The notes below the pieces were generated by a model. The model had not been told where the DNA came from. It ran no database searches and saw only the letters and a list, made by a program, of their open reading frames with translations. DNA of 64,000 nt from Paragordius varius (taxonomy: Eukaryota; Animalia; Nematomorpha), in NCBI GenBank assembly GCA_964247055.1, contig OZ176051.1, positions 1,116,001-1,180,000 on the forward strand. The letters run 5' to 3'. The position numbers were made by a program, and so were the translations under genes. Positions 36,771 to 50,289 of the stretch are shown here, piece by piece (position 1 is the stretch's first letter; every line of letters starts with the position of its first letter).

Positions 36771-38643
36771 AAATTAAACAATAATGTAACAAATATACTT
36801 TATCAACTGTTATCCCACTTAGCTCCAAAGAAAATTGATATAATCCACCATAAAAATATAATTTTTATTGTAATATTAAATTAAAAAAACTAGTGCAGAC
36901 CATTTAAGTAGAAGGGTTAAAATTTATTTAATTGACAGAAGTTTTAAGATAAACCTTAAAAAATTAGCTTTATACATTTTGCTTCAAACAAATAATTTTG
37001 TACCCAAATTTTTCCTAATATATTTTGCCCTTTTGACTGTCTACTAATTTTTGTATTGTTAAGACAAAAATCCGATAATTCCAAATTATTATAGCATTAT
37101 ATTTGAGAGTGTCACATATTTTTTACAAGTTAATATATCACTTTGACGTTCATTTGGTTTCTTAACTTTTTAAAAAGTAAAAGACAACTTAATAGGTTAA
37201 TAATATGTTTAGTAGTGATAATTTGTTAGTTTTATGCCATAACACGAACCAACGAAATAATCTAGAAACTGTATGGTATATATTGCAAAAAAATTTATAT
37301 TGTGGACTCTATAAATTAAACCATGTGGGTTTTTCCACATAATAATTTTATATTTATGAACTTTTTATTTATAATTAAAATCAACCAACCAACATTTATG
37401 CAAAAATGCGAATATTGTCACAGCTTTTTGTAAAATAAATATTTTAGTCTGTCTGAGTTGGGATGTCACATATTGTCGCCTACAATTATTTTTGGTATAT
37501 CATCTTTTCTATACAAGCCATTACTATATTTATACTCAGTGTTTGTATGTGGCTTAAAATAACAATTACTTAATCTAATATTTAATTATAACGTGAAGGT
37601 GAAAAAGGAAAACTGCATTTTTTTGAATGTTGTCACCTCATCAATCATAAGTTGTTTTATAAATTAAAATTTCAAGCCTTATACGTTATTTATTTAATTG
37701 TCAATTCGTATCATAAGGCATCTAAAAATTATATGTTTGAGGTAAATATATTAAATTTACACAATCTGCGACAAAGAGGTTCTACATTAAGGGGTTTTTT
37801 GGATTTGAGTACTTCAATATAGCTAACAAATCCTAATTTACGCAACATATGGTGAAAATTAATAAAAAACCTTAATTTCGGAACAAGTTTTATGAGATAT
37901 CTTTGCATCAAAAAAATTTTGTTTGTGGATATTAAAATTGCTTCAAATATAAAATCCAAAAAAGCCATAATTCAATAAAAAAAGCAAAATATTAAAATTC
38001 AAGACATACAAATCGGATAGCATATAAGGTATGCCGATAGTGTTGACCAACAATATATATACAAAATTTTCTCATTCAAACCGTTAAAGATAATTAAGAT
38101 TTGATAATATAAATTAAACTAAAGAATCAACTATGTTTTGAAATTAAAAAAAAATTTATTTCTTATGATAATTTTTTTCAGTGGTTTATCTATATATATA
38201 TATATATAGCGAATTTAACTATTAAATTAATATCGGGATAATTTATTTTCTAAGCCCTGAAACAAAAGCACCACGAAAATGCAAAGGTTTCAATTGGTTA
38301 ATGTTTGATAAATTTTACTGAAAATTTTGATGGTTATAAAAAAATTGATTTTATTTATCAAATCAGTGTGCTAAAAATGTCCAAAATAACTTATATTTAC
38401 TTAATAACATTGTGCAATTGAATTGTTCGTCAAACAGGTTTATATTTATTTTTAAATGGGTTAGGTTCACGATACGCGTAATTTAAATCATCAAAAATCA
38501 AAAAATCGTAAAATCCGCGTTTATTATGTTGCGTTCTTAAGGAAGCCACAGTAATTTTAAAGGTTGACACTAGGCCAAGAATTTAAACAAAAAAGCAGCG
38601 ATCGAACGATAAAAGAATTTTAATTCATGTTAAATGCTCTTAA

Positions 38644-39204
38644 CATTTGGATACAACACATTCACTCCAGTCCTTCGATTCAAATTGGGGTAGTTAGATG
38701 CCCAGGCTTGTTTAAAATAAAATATTTCAAGAAATATAGAAAAAATTAAAACCATGGCAAATTTTGCACATATATAACATTAATAAACCGAAATATGAAA
38801 AAAGATTTATTCAAAAATACTTGATATTAATTATCCAGAGGTAATACTCACAGGTAAAAATTTAGCCAACATGAAATGTGAGCAAAAGCTAAAAATAAAA
38901 ATAATGCTAAATAAACCACTTTTTATGTTTATATCAATGTTAAATGTGATTTAAGAAAAACAAAATATAGGCTTAGAATCAAATAAAAACGATATTTTGC
39001 AAAAATGTTGTAAAATAAAAATGGCGTCCAAATAGTTTGATATGGAACTTTTTTTCAAAACTAAATTTTATTTAGATATTTTGGTTTATTTATATAATTT
39101 TTATTGGGATAGAAGCATAAATTTGAATTCAAACCGTTTCTTTCAGTTGTTTTTTAAAAATATTAGCCTAAATTTATTCTGAGGTCCCAATTTAAATCGA
39201 AGTG
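38644..39204 (-). mobile_element. piggyBac-like non-autonomous element, uninterrupted 561-bp copy
   Basis: TTAA on both flanks (38640-38643, 39205-39208); CA(C/T)TT termini; internal inverted repeat CGATTCAAATTGGG placed asymmetrically. Confidence 0.85.
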
Positions 39205-40885
39205 TTAAACCGCGATTCCAATTACTAGTATTTTGTGAGGTATATTTTAGAATATATTCCATTATACCAAAAGTTTTACGTCGGATTTCAAAAACATTTT
39301 TTCAGTCCACTTTATACCGCTCACTTCAGATTATTCATAAAATACTTGGCATGTCTCAAATCATTATTGACGTCAAACAAATGTTTCTTGGAATGCGAAA
39401 AAAAAGTAACAGGCTGGTATTCAGCTGTATGGAATTGTGTAAAGCTGATCTTATATTATTTAAAAAGTTTAAAACTCCCGGTATGATGCAAAAATAACGT
39501 ATTCCCTTTAATGTTGCTAAAACTTTTTTGAAATGCAATTTTAGTCCAAAATATTGTTTAATGAAATTATTGGCTATTTAACTTTTTTTAAAAGGTGCGC
39601 TTTCTGGATTTATAAACTAAAACCTATTTTAATAAATTATCAGGATTTGATTTTTTGGGGCCCATATAAAAATATGATAAACAATTTTTTGATTTCGAGA
39701 TATAATTTTTTATATATACATGTATTTTGCAAAAAATATCGGTGAATATGGCGATTTTTTGGGGTATTTGTCAAAAAAATGGCATGATAGCGAAACCCTT
39801 TTGAAAATAACACCAATCAAATCCAGATACTTTAACAAAAAAATGCTTTTAAATTTTCGAGATTTCATTTAAAATATTTTACAGGGAAAACCTTAAAAAA
39901 TTTAATCCAATCACCCAAACTATAAAAGCAACATTTTTTATTTTTATCAAAAATATTATGTATTAAAATTACAACATCCATAGTTAAGCTTACCCCTAAA
40001 TACAAATTGTGCTTTAGTGGGGTATTATATATACATAAATTTATATATTTCATTTTTTCGCATAAATAATTAATGGACTTGACTCGTCGTAATTTTTGTC
40101 GCCTAAAACTTTTACTTTTTTTTGGTAAAAAAAAACTCTCAGCAATTCATAAACTATGTATGGAAGAATGTGTCACAGCAGGGAAGATACATAATTATTT
40201 CGTTTTTCTCACTTTGGTGTTAACAACTCTCCTTTCGTCATAATCAAATGTTTTAAGTTAGCTTTGCAAAATTTGTTAGTTAGTTAGTTGGGTATTTACA
40301 AAACGTGCAAGCAGTATATAAATTGAGTATGGGGCATAAATTATAGATATAGCTCGTTTCTTTTTCATTCTCTTAATGACTTAATTTAGAGTTCCCCCCC
40401 TCTTTTTTTACCTTTTTTCTTTCTATGTGTCATCTCTTCATATATAATAACTAAAATTTGTTGACTACCAATTTCATCCTAAACTTTAGAGAAGAGACAA
40501 TTACCTGTATTAATGTGTTTTGTTGTGATGTGTGTAAGAAGACACCATATTATGAATATATTATTAGTTTATTTCCTTTCCTTTCCATTTTGTTTTAAAA
40601 GATATGACATAATAATTTTGAATCTCATTATCTTTTTTGTTTTTTTTAACTTTAATATTATAGATAGATATATAAATAAACGTCTTAAAAGTTATTATAT
40701 ATTTCAAAAATTTTACAGTGATTTCATATTGTTGATATCCGACAATATTCTAGTTAATAAAATCAAAAGTTGAGGTTAGGAAATAATTTCAATATGCAAC
40801 TTAATTGTAATTTTCAACTTGATAGGTTAATGTGGTTTTTTTTAAATCAAATCTTAAAATATACGTAGTTATACATTATATTAAA

Positions 40886-42262
40886 TTAAAAATAATCTAA
40901 AGTATGGTAAATGTTAGAAGAGCTACTTGTAATGTTAATTGGCGAAGCTATTCGGTGACTATTTTCTGGCTTATTGCGCTTTATGAATTCCTCATTAAGA
41001 AAAGTTAAATTATTTTGGGAGGGCGAATAGATTGAGAATGCAATCGATTTTTTTCTTTTCCTTTGAATATTTTGTTTAGAATAATGAGGAGATTCCCCTA
41101 AAAAATCTTTCTCGGGTTTATAAAGGATTTTATCACCATGAGATGCTTGATTTTGATCTGAATATGCTAGTTTTGAATCATTAAACGGCGGATTATTGTT
41201 GCTATTTCTTATATTATTATAATATTTGAAAGGATTAAAAGTATTGGGTAAATTAGTCGAGTAATAACACAAAGGCGCACCTGGAGGACCCAAAGTCGAA
41301 TTTTGCGGGTTTTTGCCCAAGAATACAGGAAAATGGTGACTTATTTCGTTTGATTTCATTTTATGACTTGAATTTTCCACATCACACTTGGGATTATTTA
41401 TTCGGGTAGTTAAATTATTAATGCTTCTGTTTTCTATATGTAAATCTTCTGTGGGACTTGTCCAATTTTCTTGAGATGTTTTGGCTTTTGTTATCATGTG
41501 CAACGAATCGGTTGTGATATCAGAATTATTTATAAGTTCCTTATCGTTCCCCCCGTCGTTAGTAATAAGTGATGAGTTTGCTATAATTTTATCGTGTGAA
41601 TAATTAGCCAGACCAAATTGTTTATCCAAAAATTTGTTTAAATATTGCATATAATGCCTATCTGTAGCAGCAAGAGGGAAGGGTGATTGTTCTTTCAACA
41701 ACATATTCCCTTGATCATCCAAAGCAGAATTATTATTATGGGAGTTCCCCTCATATGGTTTCGTAAAAATGGGTTTGGTAGATAAACTGCAAATGGGCTG
41801 AATAGATGAGTTTGCAGAAATAGACGTTTGACTTGAAACGACGCCAAAAGGAAACTCTAAACCCGTGTTAGTATAATTGTTGTTATAAAGGTAATAATTA
41901 TAAAGGGAGTTAAATTGGTGATTAGCAAATAAGAATTTGCTATTGTCCGCAATAGATTCTTTCTTTGAGATATTAGGAGAAGATGGAGTTTGCGAAGCAT
42001 CTAAAGGTGAATTTTGAGAAATCTGAAACTGCTGTTGTTTAAGCAAAGCGGCAGCGTAAAAGTATTGTTGAGCCCGGAAATTTTGTTGATTCTGATATTC
42101 CAACATCAACTCCGTATAGTTTGGGGTATTACCCATTGAAAGATTATTTGGCCAAAATGGTAAAGGAGGTAATCTAACGCAAGATGTCATTTGAGTAATA
42201 GCAGAATTAATATTTGGCATTTGTACATTTTGAGTTTGGGAGTTCTCAGTTGGAAAGTTCAT
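40886..42262 (-). CDS. Orphan 458-aa low-complexity protein (N/S/Q/P-rich with a basic RKRKK patch)
   Basis: A 1377-nt stop-free ORF is very unlikely by chance at this AT content. Composition suggests disorder; no conserved domain recognised. Confidence 0.75.
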   Translation of the reverse strand: MNFPTENSQTQNVQMPNINSAITQMTSCVRLPPLPFWPNNLSMGNTPNYTELMLEYQNQQNFRAQQYFYAAALLKQQQFQISQNSPLDASQTPSSPNISKKESIADNSKFLFANHQFNSLYNYYLYNNNYTNTGLEFPFGVVSSQTSISANSSIQPICSLSTKPIFTKPYEGNSHNNNSALDDQGNMLLKEQSPFPLAATDRHYMQYLNKFLDKQFGLANYSHDKIIANSSLITNDGGNDKELINNSDITTDSLHMITKAKTSQENWTSPTEDLHIENRSINNLTTRINNPKCDVENSSHKMKSNEISHHFPVFLGKNPQNSTLGPPGAPLCYYSTNLPNTFNPFKYYNNIRNSNNNPPFNDSKLAYSDQNQASHGDKILYKPEKDFLGESPHYSKQNIQRKRKKSIAFSIYSPSQNNLTFLNEEFIKRNKPENSHRIASPINITSSSSNIYHTLDYF

Positions 42263-45200
42263 TTATTAATAGAGTTGTCCGACGATTTTTTCAACGCAAA
42301 TTATGCATAAAATATCGGATGATTGAACCATTTTAGTTTACTGGAAAATATATTTTCAATATTTGTTTTATATAAATAAAATTGTCTATAAATGAATAAA
42401 TGTAAGCTAATAATATATATATAATTAACTCGGGAAGAATAAAAATATATTTATGATAGAGTCAAGTCAATGAAATGTCAATCATTTTAAAACAAAAATT
42501 GCGTTTAAGCGTCATTTCATATTTTTATTATGTGTGTATCGAAAACGAAAAAAAATATTTATCTTTAAACATATCAACTTTATTTATTTATCGAGCGATG
42601 ATAAAACAATTGATGACAAAAAATTGATTTAAATTTCTTCCTTAAATAATTTTGTGAGTTTTTTGAGATTTTTATAAACCGAAAATTAGCACGTATTTGA
42701 AACTATCAAGCGAAAATCCTAATTTACACTTATTACATTGTTCTACTATTTTTAAATAAGAGTAAATACCACTTGTGCTTATGTTTTGTTTAGGATCTTA
42801 CAATTATTCATTGAAACAAAAGATTTATAATAATAGAGCAGATTGCTGTTGTCAGAATTTTATAAACTTATAAAAAAGTAAAACAATAAATCTATGTTTA
42901 TATATTTTATCAATTTTTTTCGACAAAAAAATACCTAAAATAAAAGAAAGACAAGGGAATTTTTGACAATTTATTATGATTCTCTTTGCTAAAAAAAAGA
43001 CAACTAAAGGGACAAAACTAAAGATTTAACCAAAAACGTGGGAAAAGTAATAAATTAACAAAAAGTGAGTTAGACGAAAACTTCCTCACTAATTAGGAGT
43101 TAATTGATTAAAGGAAAAAATGTTTGGTTGTTAAACATAGACACTTGTTTTGTCTTCATTGATTGAGTCAAAGAAAAAAAACGACATTTCTTAATATATA
43201 TATAAGTAATTGGAAAATATTTTTTAACGCATAATAAGGAATATTAACTTGCATAACACATTTCCAAAAAATAAAAACATAATTTATATATCAAAGATTA
43301 TATAATTTCCAGGACAGAAGATAACATAATTGGATTAAGATCTTGTTTTTGACATTCGTTCAGTTGGTAAATGTGGTAAGAATTCAAAACAATAAAATGT
43401 AACTTTGTTCTCATAATAAAATTTGGCGATTTCTTATATTTGATTGGCATTTTCCTGAAAATTTAAGTTGATTAGATAAATATCTAAGGTTAATGTTAAA
43501 AACAATTTTTTATTACCCTTCTCCATCCAATAAACTCTACAAATATAGGCTTCTTTGTTAAAGTCAAGCCAAAGTGCACACTTAAAATGGTTAAAAAACT
43601 CATTTTTACTGTTTTATATACATATATAAAGGTTTGAAAATCATAAGAGCCCATTTTTGAAGTATAAAATTCAACAATTGAATGTTTAATTAACACTATA
43701 TATCTTAATCAGCACACCATAAATGTATATTTCTTATTGCAATAATAAACAGATATCTCTTCACACAAATGGACGTCCTTCCCCAGTCTTTAAGTGGTTG
43801 TAAATTACTATTAACTTTCCTGTTTTTTTATTATTATATTATGAAAGCAAATTACAAGATGAAAGGAACAAGAAATTGTGTGTGCAGTTGGATTTATGTT
43901 CCAAAAATGTTTAATTGGTTAACCGTGACTTGAATTAATTAGGAATGGAGGGAAAAATTTTATTTAAAAAGTTGGCGTTTATTGTGTTGTTAGTTAAATT
44001 TTGGTGTTTTATTATAAAACATCTTTCCTTATCCATAAATATTTTTCAAAAATTTAATATTTGTAATAAAATTATGTGCTGTCTACCACAATTAAAAATT
44101 TTACTAATTAACTTATGCTGAATTTGAGATTAATCAAAAAAGTGAAAATAAAATTAATTTTAAAACACAAATAGCTTATGTAGATTGCGTTTACTTAGCC
44201 ATGTTTGTTAAAGTAACCCGAGGAGAGTTAGATATGACTTCAGAAGAAAATCGATTTTTCAAAATAGTTGAAATGTTTAATTTGTTTTAAATACTTATTT
44301 TAAGACTGATGGGCACAAAAAATCGAAATTTATTCTATACAGAGCTAATGAAAGGGCCATATTACAAAAACAGTTCCTTTCGATATGATAAAAGACTAAT
44401 TTTACATAGTGTTTAAAATAATAATAGTATATTTGCATTAACCTTTAACCGCATGATAAAACTGTTTCATAATTGACTAAATATTTTAGAAAATATAATT
44501 GCTTTAGGATCAAAACGTCTAACTTTTAAGCGAAAAACAATGTTTACAGGGATTTTTTCAATTCTGATTTCTTCATATTTTAATCCCATTGTAGGTTTTT
44601 TCATGACAGAATTCCCAGAAATTAAAGACAACAACTTTTATTGTAATAAAATTCTTGTTCGAGTGATATCATAATGTCGGGGATTAGGTTATAAACAATT
44701 TAAAAGTTATGTAAATCAATACCCATTTTATCTTTTATATCAGAAGTTTTCCTAATTTTAGTATCTTTTTTTAAATAAAATCGAGCACAGACAAATTTTC
44801 TATCAAAAAATCAAAGTACTTATTATGCTACATAAATTTTGTAGATTGTTATACAAACGAAATCTGATAGTCCATTCTATTAGAATGTAGAAATATGACC
44901 TTAAATTCACATCAAATTTTACCTAATAAAATGGGCGAGACTGGTGTCAGGTCTGATAATCTTAAAGCTAAATTTCAGAAGTAACGCTAATAAGAAGACA
45001 TAGGCTGCACATTAGTTTTTATATATTTGAAGTTTCAAATCGGAAACGTCGTTGAATAATCCCGGTTTCAAAAAACAATATTTGTAATATATATATATAT
45101 ACTGTATAAATTATATTATATGAGATTAAGTCTGAAAAAATATATTGACTTCATGGAAATAGTGGTTTTCATTTAAACCTTTGATACTATTTAACACTTA

Positions 45201-48200
45201 AATTCCTCTTTAGTGTCAGCTATAAGACAAGAAAAAGGTAGATCAGTGTCGCAGTTCTGTTCATTGTCCATGATTTAAAAACCAATGGTTGTAGCCTTAA
45301 AACTATGCTTGAATCTTTCAAGTTAATAGACGAGATTGAGGTTATTTTGGAGATAATCATAAACATCTATCTAGATACGTAAAATCTATCGACAAACGCT
45401 TTGGTTGCTAATCAAAATCCAACCAAAATATCCGATATAACTAACTCTATTATTACCTTTATTTATACCCAAGAAGTTTAACATAACAAATGGAGACAAA
45501 GCGAGGAATTGTCATAATAAAATTGATACAATTAACCAAATTATAAATTTTGCCCAGTTCCTAGCTTTAAGGTTTTTAAAAATTGAGGGGTATTATGTCA
45601 TATGTGTAAAAAACCATATCATACTCAATCCTTTAAGCAATTTATCAAAAGGTGTATTTGATATTTATGGTATGGTAACTTGGAAATTATTCAATCTAAT
45701 TCATATTTTATATTTATCGTGTATTCTAATATATATATGCATTAAGCTGATAACTTGTAAACATTTAATTTTTTCATAATGATTGCGCATTAAGTATTAT
45801 AACTGTCAAAAAATAAATTAATTTATCATCTATGTTTCTTTATTCTCAACATAAAAATTTATTATTTTATTACACCTTTCGAAAAAACCGTCTGCCAAAT
45901 TTTAGATAAACGTGGAATGTTGTAATTTTTCAGATGAGGAAAACCTTTACCTATCAAAAAGTGATTAAATCATTACTTAAGATTGCATATAAAAACTTCA
46001 CATTTAATAAAACTTTAAATTAAATGAAGGTAAAATGGTAGATTTGTGTATTATAAGTCTAACCAAAAAAACTTACTTACGCTTTCTTCACCAATTAATA
46101 ATATGTTTCTCTTTACTATCTAATAATTTTATTAATAGGCTCTACTAATTAGTATCATGATATCAATAATGTTTACAAGTGTGTGATAAATAGTGTTTTT
46201 GCATTTGAAATAAAAACTAAGATAAGTTTTTTTCGTTGAAAGTCACGTTTAATGCCTCTTTTAATAGCTTGTTTAGCTTCATCGCGCAGAAATAAAAAGT
46301 AATATGTTAATTAGGAAGGAGAATTGCATAACGTACTCTCTATAAATATGATTCATGAATAATTTTTTTCATATTTGCAGAAAAAAAATAATTCTTAATG
46401 ACTAACTACTATCTCCTGTTTAAACCAATTCAATTTTTCAAAATATCCAATCCAAAGATCACAACTGATAATACTAAATATAAACTTTTAAAAATTATTT
46501 AAACCATCAACAAATTTTTTCCTTGTGATATTTTGACTTCTTTTTTGCGTAGGATTGTCAACTCAATTGTTTGACATGCGAGAGGCTTTCAACACACTTG
46601 ACTCATTAAGGATTATGATATTATTATTATTATTCATTTTTTTTCATACCAAAACAAAAGACATTGTAATATAAATATTGATATTATTAATAGCTAAAAG
46701 CTATTTATTTTTTCCAAATATAAAGTAAAAAAAATAAAGACTACACTTTTGTATGCGTACATCTCCTCAAAGGTCGACTCTCTACTTCATAAATTATTTT
46801 TTCGATTTTTTTAATATATATACAAATTATATTGTATATAAAGTTTTCTTAGCAAACCAAAAATATTATTTTTAATATAAGGTTTTAACTTAAAATTAGG
46901 CAAAAAGGGGATATGGAAATGAACCATGGATTTGAAAAATACGAGGAAAAAAATGACACATTTGAAATATGATTATTGCTACCGTTTGTTTATTTATTTC
47001 TATGGCAAAAATAATATAATTAATTAATTTAAAAATATTTTAACGCCTGCCTGCAAACCCTATTATTGTTGTCACCTCCAAAATAATATGAAAAAAAAAC
47101 GTTTTGTCCGTATTTTTATTTTTGTGGCTTAAGAAAGAAAGATTTCTGGTGTATTGTCAAGCAAGAAAAACGTACTTTGCAAAAAAATGTGACGAATTAA
47201 TTTTGACAATCTAAGAAAAATAAGGGGAGAGAAGTGTCACGAGACGAAGATTGATGGGCCAATAATTATCTCATTATATTTTCCAAAAAAAATTTTGAAA
47301 AATATATATTTTTGAATAGAGGAAATAGGGTTCAAAAATCGGACTGTAATTTGCCCTTTAGAACACGCTATTATGGATAAATGAATCATATTTTTACTAA
47401 TTTTTAAAACCTTAATGTCCCCAAAACAATTTTATCGAAAAAATTGAAGTGAATTTCAGCATTGTACCTACTAACAAAGGGACCAATATATGAATTAAAT
47501 CCCCGTCCATTTAGTGTATGTATGTGCGATTCTTTTCGAATGCTTTTTTCTTAACTTGTAACTTTGGGACCACCCTGAGAAAATAGCCAATTTACAAAAC
47601 TACATCTCATATTTTTGAAAAATATTGTGTACCTAGCTATTGAGAAGTCAAGCGTTTTATGAATTAGTCCTTGGTTTGTTCTTCTTTAACTACCCTTCCA
47701 AGAGGTCTTAAGACAATTTTAAAAAACAGCGTATTGGAACATGTGTTATCAAATATTATAGCCCAGATCATTGAGAGTGTTATTGGTTTTATAACCCGAT
47801 TTTGAAAATAGAGGAATGATAAATTATAGTACCTAAAAATTATCAGTCAAAAAAATCTGAAAATCTCTCAATTCCTGACGAGTCCCATATAATGTACCGC
47901 ATCGTCAATAATTTTTTTAAGGTTAAAATCGGTTTTCTTAAATATAAAATCAACGTTAAATATAATCTCTAAATTAACCCGGTTACAGGAACATGGCATA
48001 ATACCATATATTCGAATCAAAATATACATATATGAAAAAAATGGAACTAAAAATAATTTACAGTTTAAATATATTTTTCTGTTCATCTTGGTGTTTTAAT
48101 GCTAAATATGTCATAATTCCTGGAGATAAATGAGTGAACTATAAATAATATATAAATCAAAAAATTTAGTCACATATTTCTTTCAAATCAAAAAAAGGAT

Positions 48201-50289
48201 TTCACAACCACAAAAGCAAAATTACGCATTATATACGAGTTGACAGTCCAATACTTTTTTTAGTTTAAGTATGATCATCATTTCCATCGTTTTATATAAA
48301 TCAAAATATTTAAATTTTTTATTACCTTGTAATAACAAAACAAAAGAAATTATTGTCAAAAAACTCAAAATTTGCGCATAAAATGAAGAGTAAAATGTTT
48401 ATACGTGTGTGATTTATAGGTGTGGAGATACCTTTTTTTTCATCTTTTAAACATTTTATTATATTCTTTTGTGGTTTTGCTTAATGATAATAATAAGACA
48501 TAAGTAAGATGTAATTTTTGTTATGTCATAATATATATAAATCTAATAATTCGAAACTTATTTGAATAAATGGCATATAAATCATCTTTACCAAACAACA
48601 TAATAATAATATTAAACTCTTGTTAAAAATGTAAAAATTTTGCAATTTTTTTGTGTTCCCTTTTGTCTTTTAAAATAAAATATCAAATAACATTAGAATT
48701 TTTCAATTATTACACTACAATACATTGTAATGATGTAAAAAATTAACATAACCTTAAACATGTCGAGTTATCATTTTCAAAACAACCTATGTATCTTCAT
48801 AACTATCAATTTTTTTTGATACAAAAAGTATTTTATATTTTACTACTTGTTATATATGTAACTTAATAAAAAATGCGTAATTTATTTCATATTCATTAAT
48901 AATGTTGATGATAAGGTTGAATACGCGATAAGACACTAATAATAATATTACACTGTTTTCACATCATTTTCAGTTTTAATCGTAAAAAGACACGTTAAAC
49001 AGGTTAAGTATATTTGTTAAGACTTAAAATATGGTAAATTATTTAACTTTCAAAAAGATTTTCGTATCAGAGAGACACTTAACCTTATATTATATAAATG
49101 TTCTAATTCTAAGGGTAAAGTCAAATCTTAATCCAATATTTACAATAAAAAACTTGAATTATGGTGGTGAGGATTAGCGTGATTTATTGAATTTTTAAAA
49201 CATAAAAAAGAGAAAAAATGATTCACGTTTGTGAGAAAATTATCCGTAAAAAGTATTTTTATTAACAAAGTTGTTGTTAAATGAAAGATGCCAACATTGT
49301 CAAATATGTCATCGATAATTTAATCCCAGTTAATTTGTGCCATAATTTATGTATATAAGATGAAAATAGACAGCTAGTTAAAAAAAAAGAGTTTTAGAGA
49401 TTAATATTTTTTGGAAAATACTTTTTATTCTGCAAATCAAGCCAGCTACTTTTTTAGCAAATTAATGTTGAAAATAGTTGGTATATCATCTTTTCCATTT
49501 ATACCAATTTTTAGCCTTTTCTTTGGAATATTTTGTGGTACGGAACATTTTTTTAATTCATAACCGACTCAATCAAGTGTAATAGCCTAGTAGTTTGACA
49601 CATGTCATAACTAACAGCACAGAAATTGCTAATATGGTGAAAGTTTTTGCCTTAATATATGTACGGTCAACTGTTCCAAACAACTTAGTTAATAAAGGGG
49701 AAAATGGAAAAAATATTGTTTGCCTTTGCCAATTTTTTTTTTCATATACAAATAATTTAGTCCATTTCACCACCAACTGATTAATTACGCGTCAGTGATT
49801 TTTTCCATTTTTTATAGCATTTAAATACAGTAGTTTGTTTGGCATTGTACAGAGTGCACTACCATAAAAAATATATTTTACAAATATTGATTATAATTAA
49901 CAATTAGGGTATAAATACGTAGGAAAGTACTCTACATTATTCATTTATATTAATAATTGAAAATTTAGCTTAACTTAAATAAAACAATTATTTTAAGTCG
50001 ATTTGCAATGGCTACCATAAGTTGAACTACACCGAGTTATACCAAAAAACCAAATATTTTGTTAATAGTTTTTGCCCGCCTAACATTTCAAGTTTTCCCA
50101 ATTAAATAATTAATTAGGAATCGGAGGACTAATTATTTCATTATCAATATAACAAATGTATTCATATGTTACCAGTTTAACTAAAAGATGTGAAAGAAAA
50201 GAATGCAGACGATTTATTTTATACATACCCCATTTTGTTTATTTATCTAACATAAAACTATAAATATGATATCACTCTTTCTAGCGGTC

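Noticed and set aside
37729-40773. Short ORFs of 60-86 aa in this interval
   Set aside because: They are composed of AT-rich F/I/K/L/N/Y codons, several overlap repeats, and none has motifs or a consistent splice chain.
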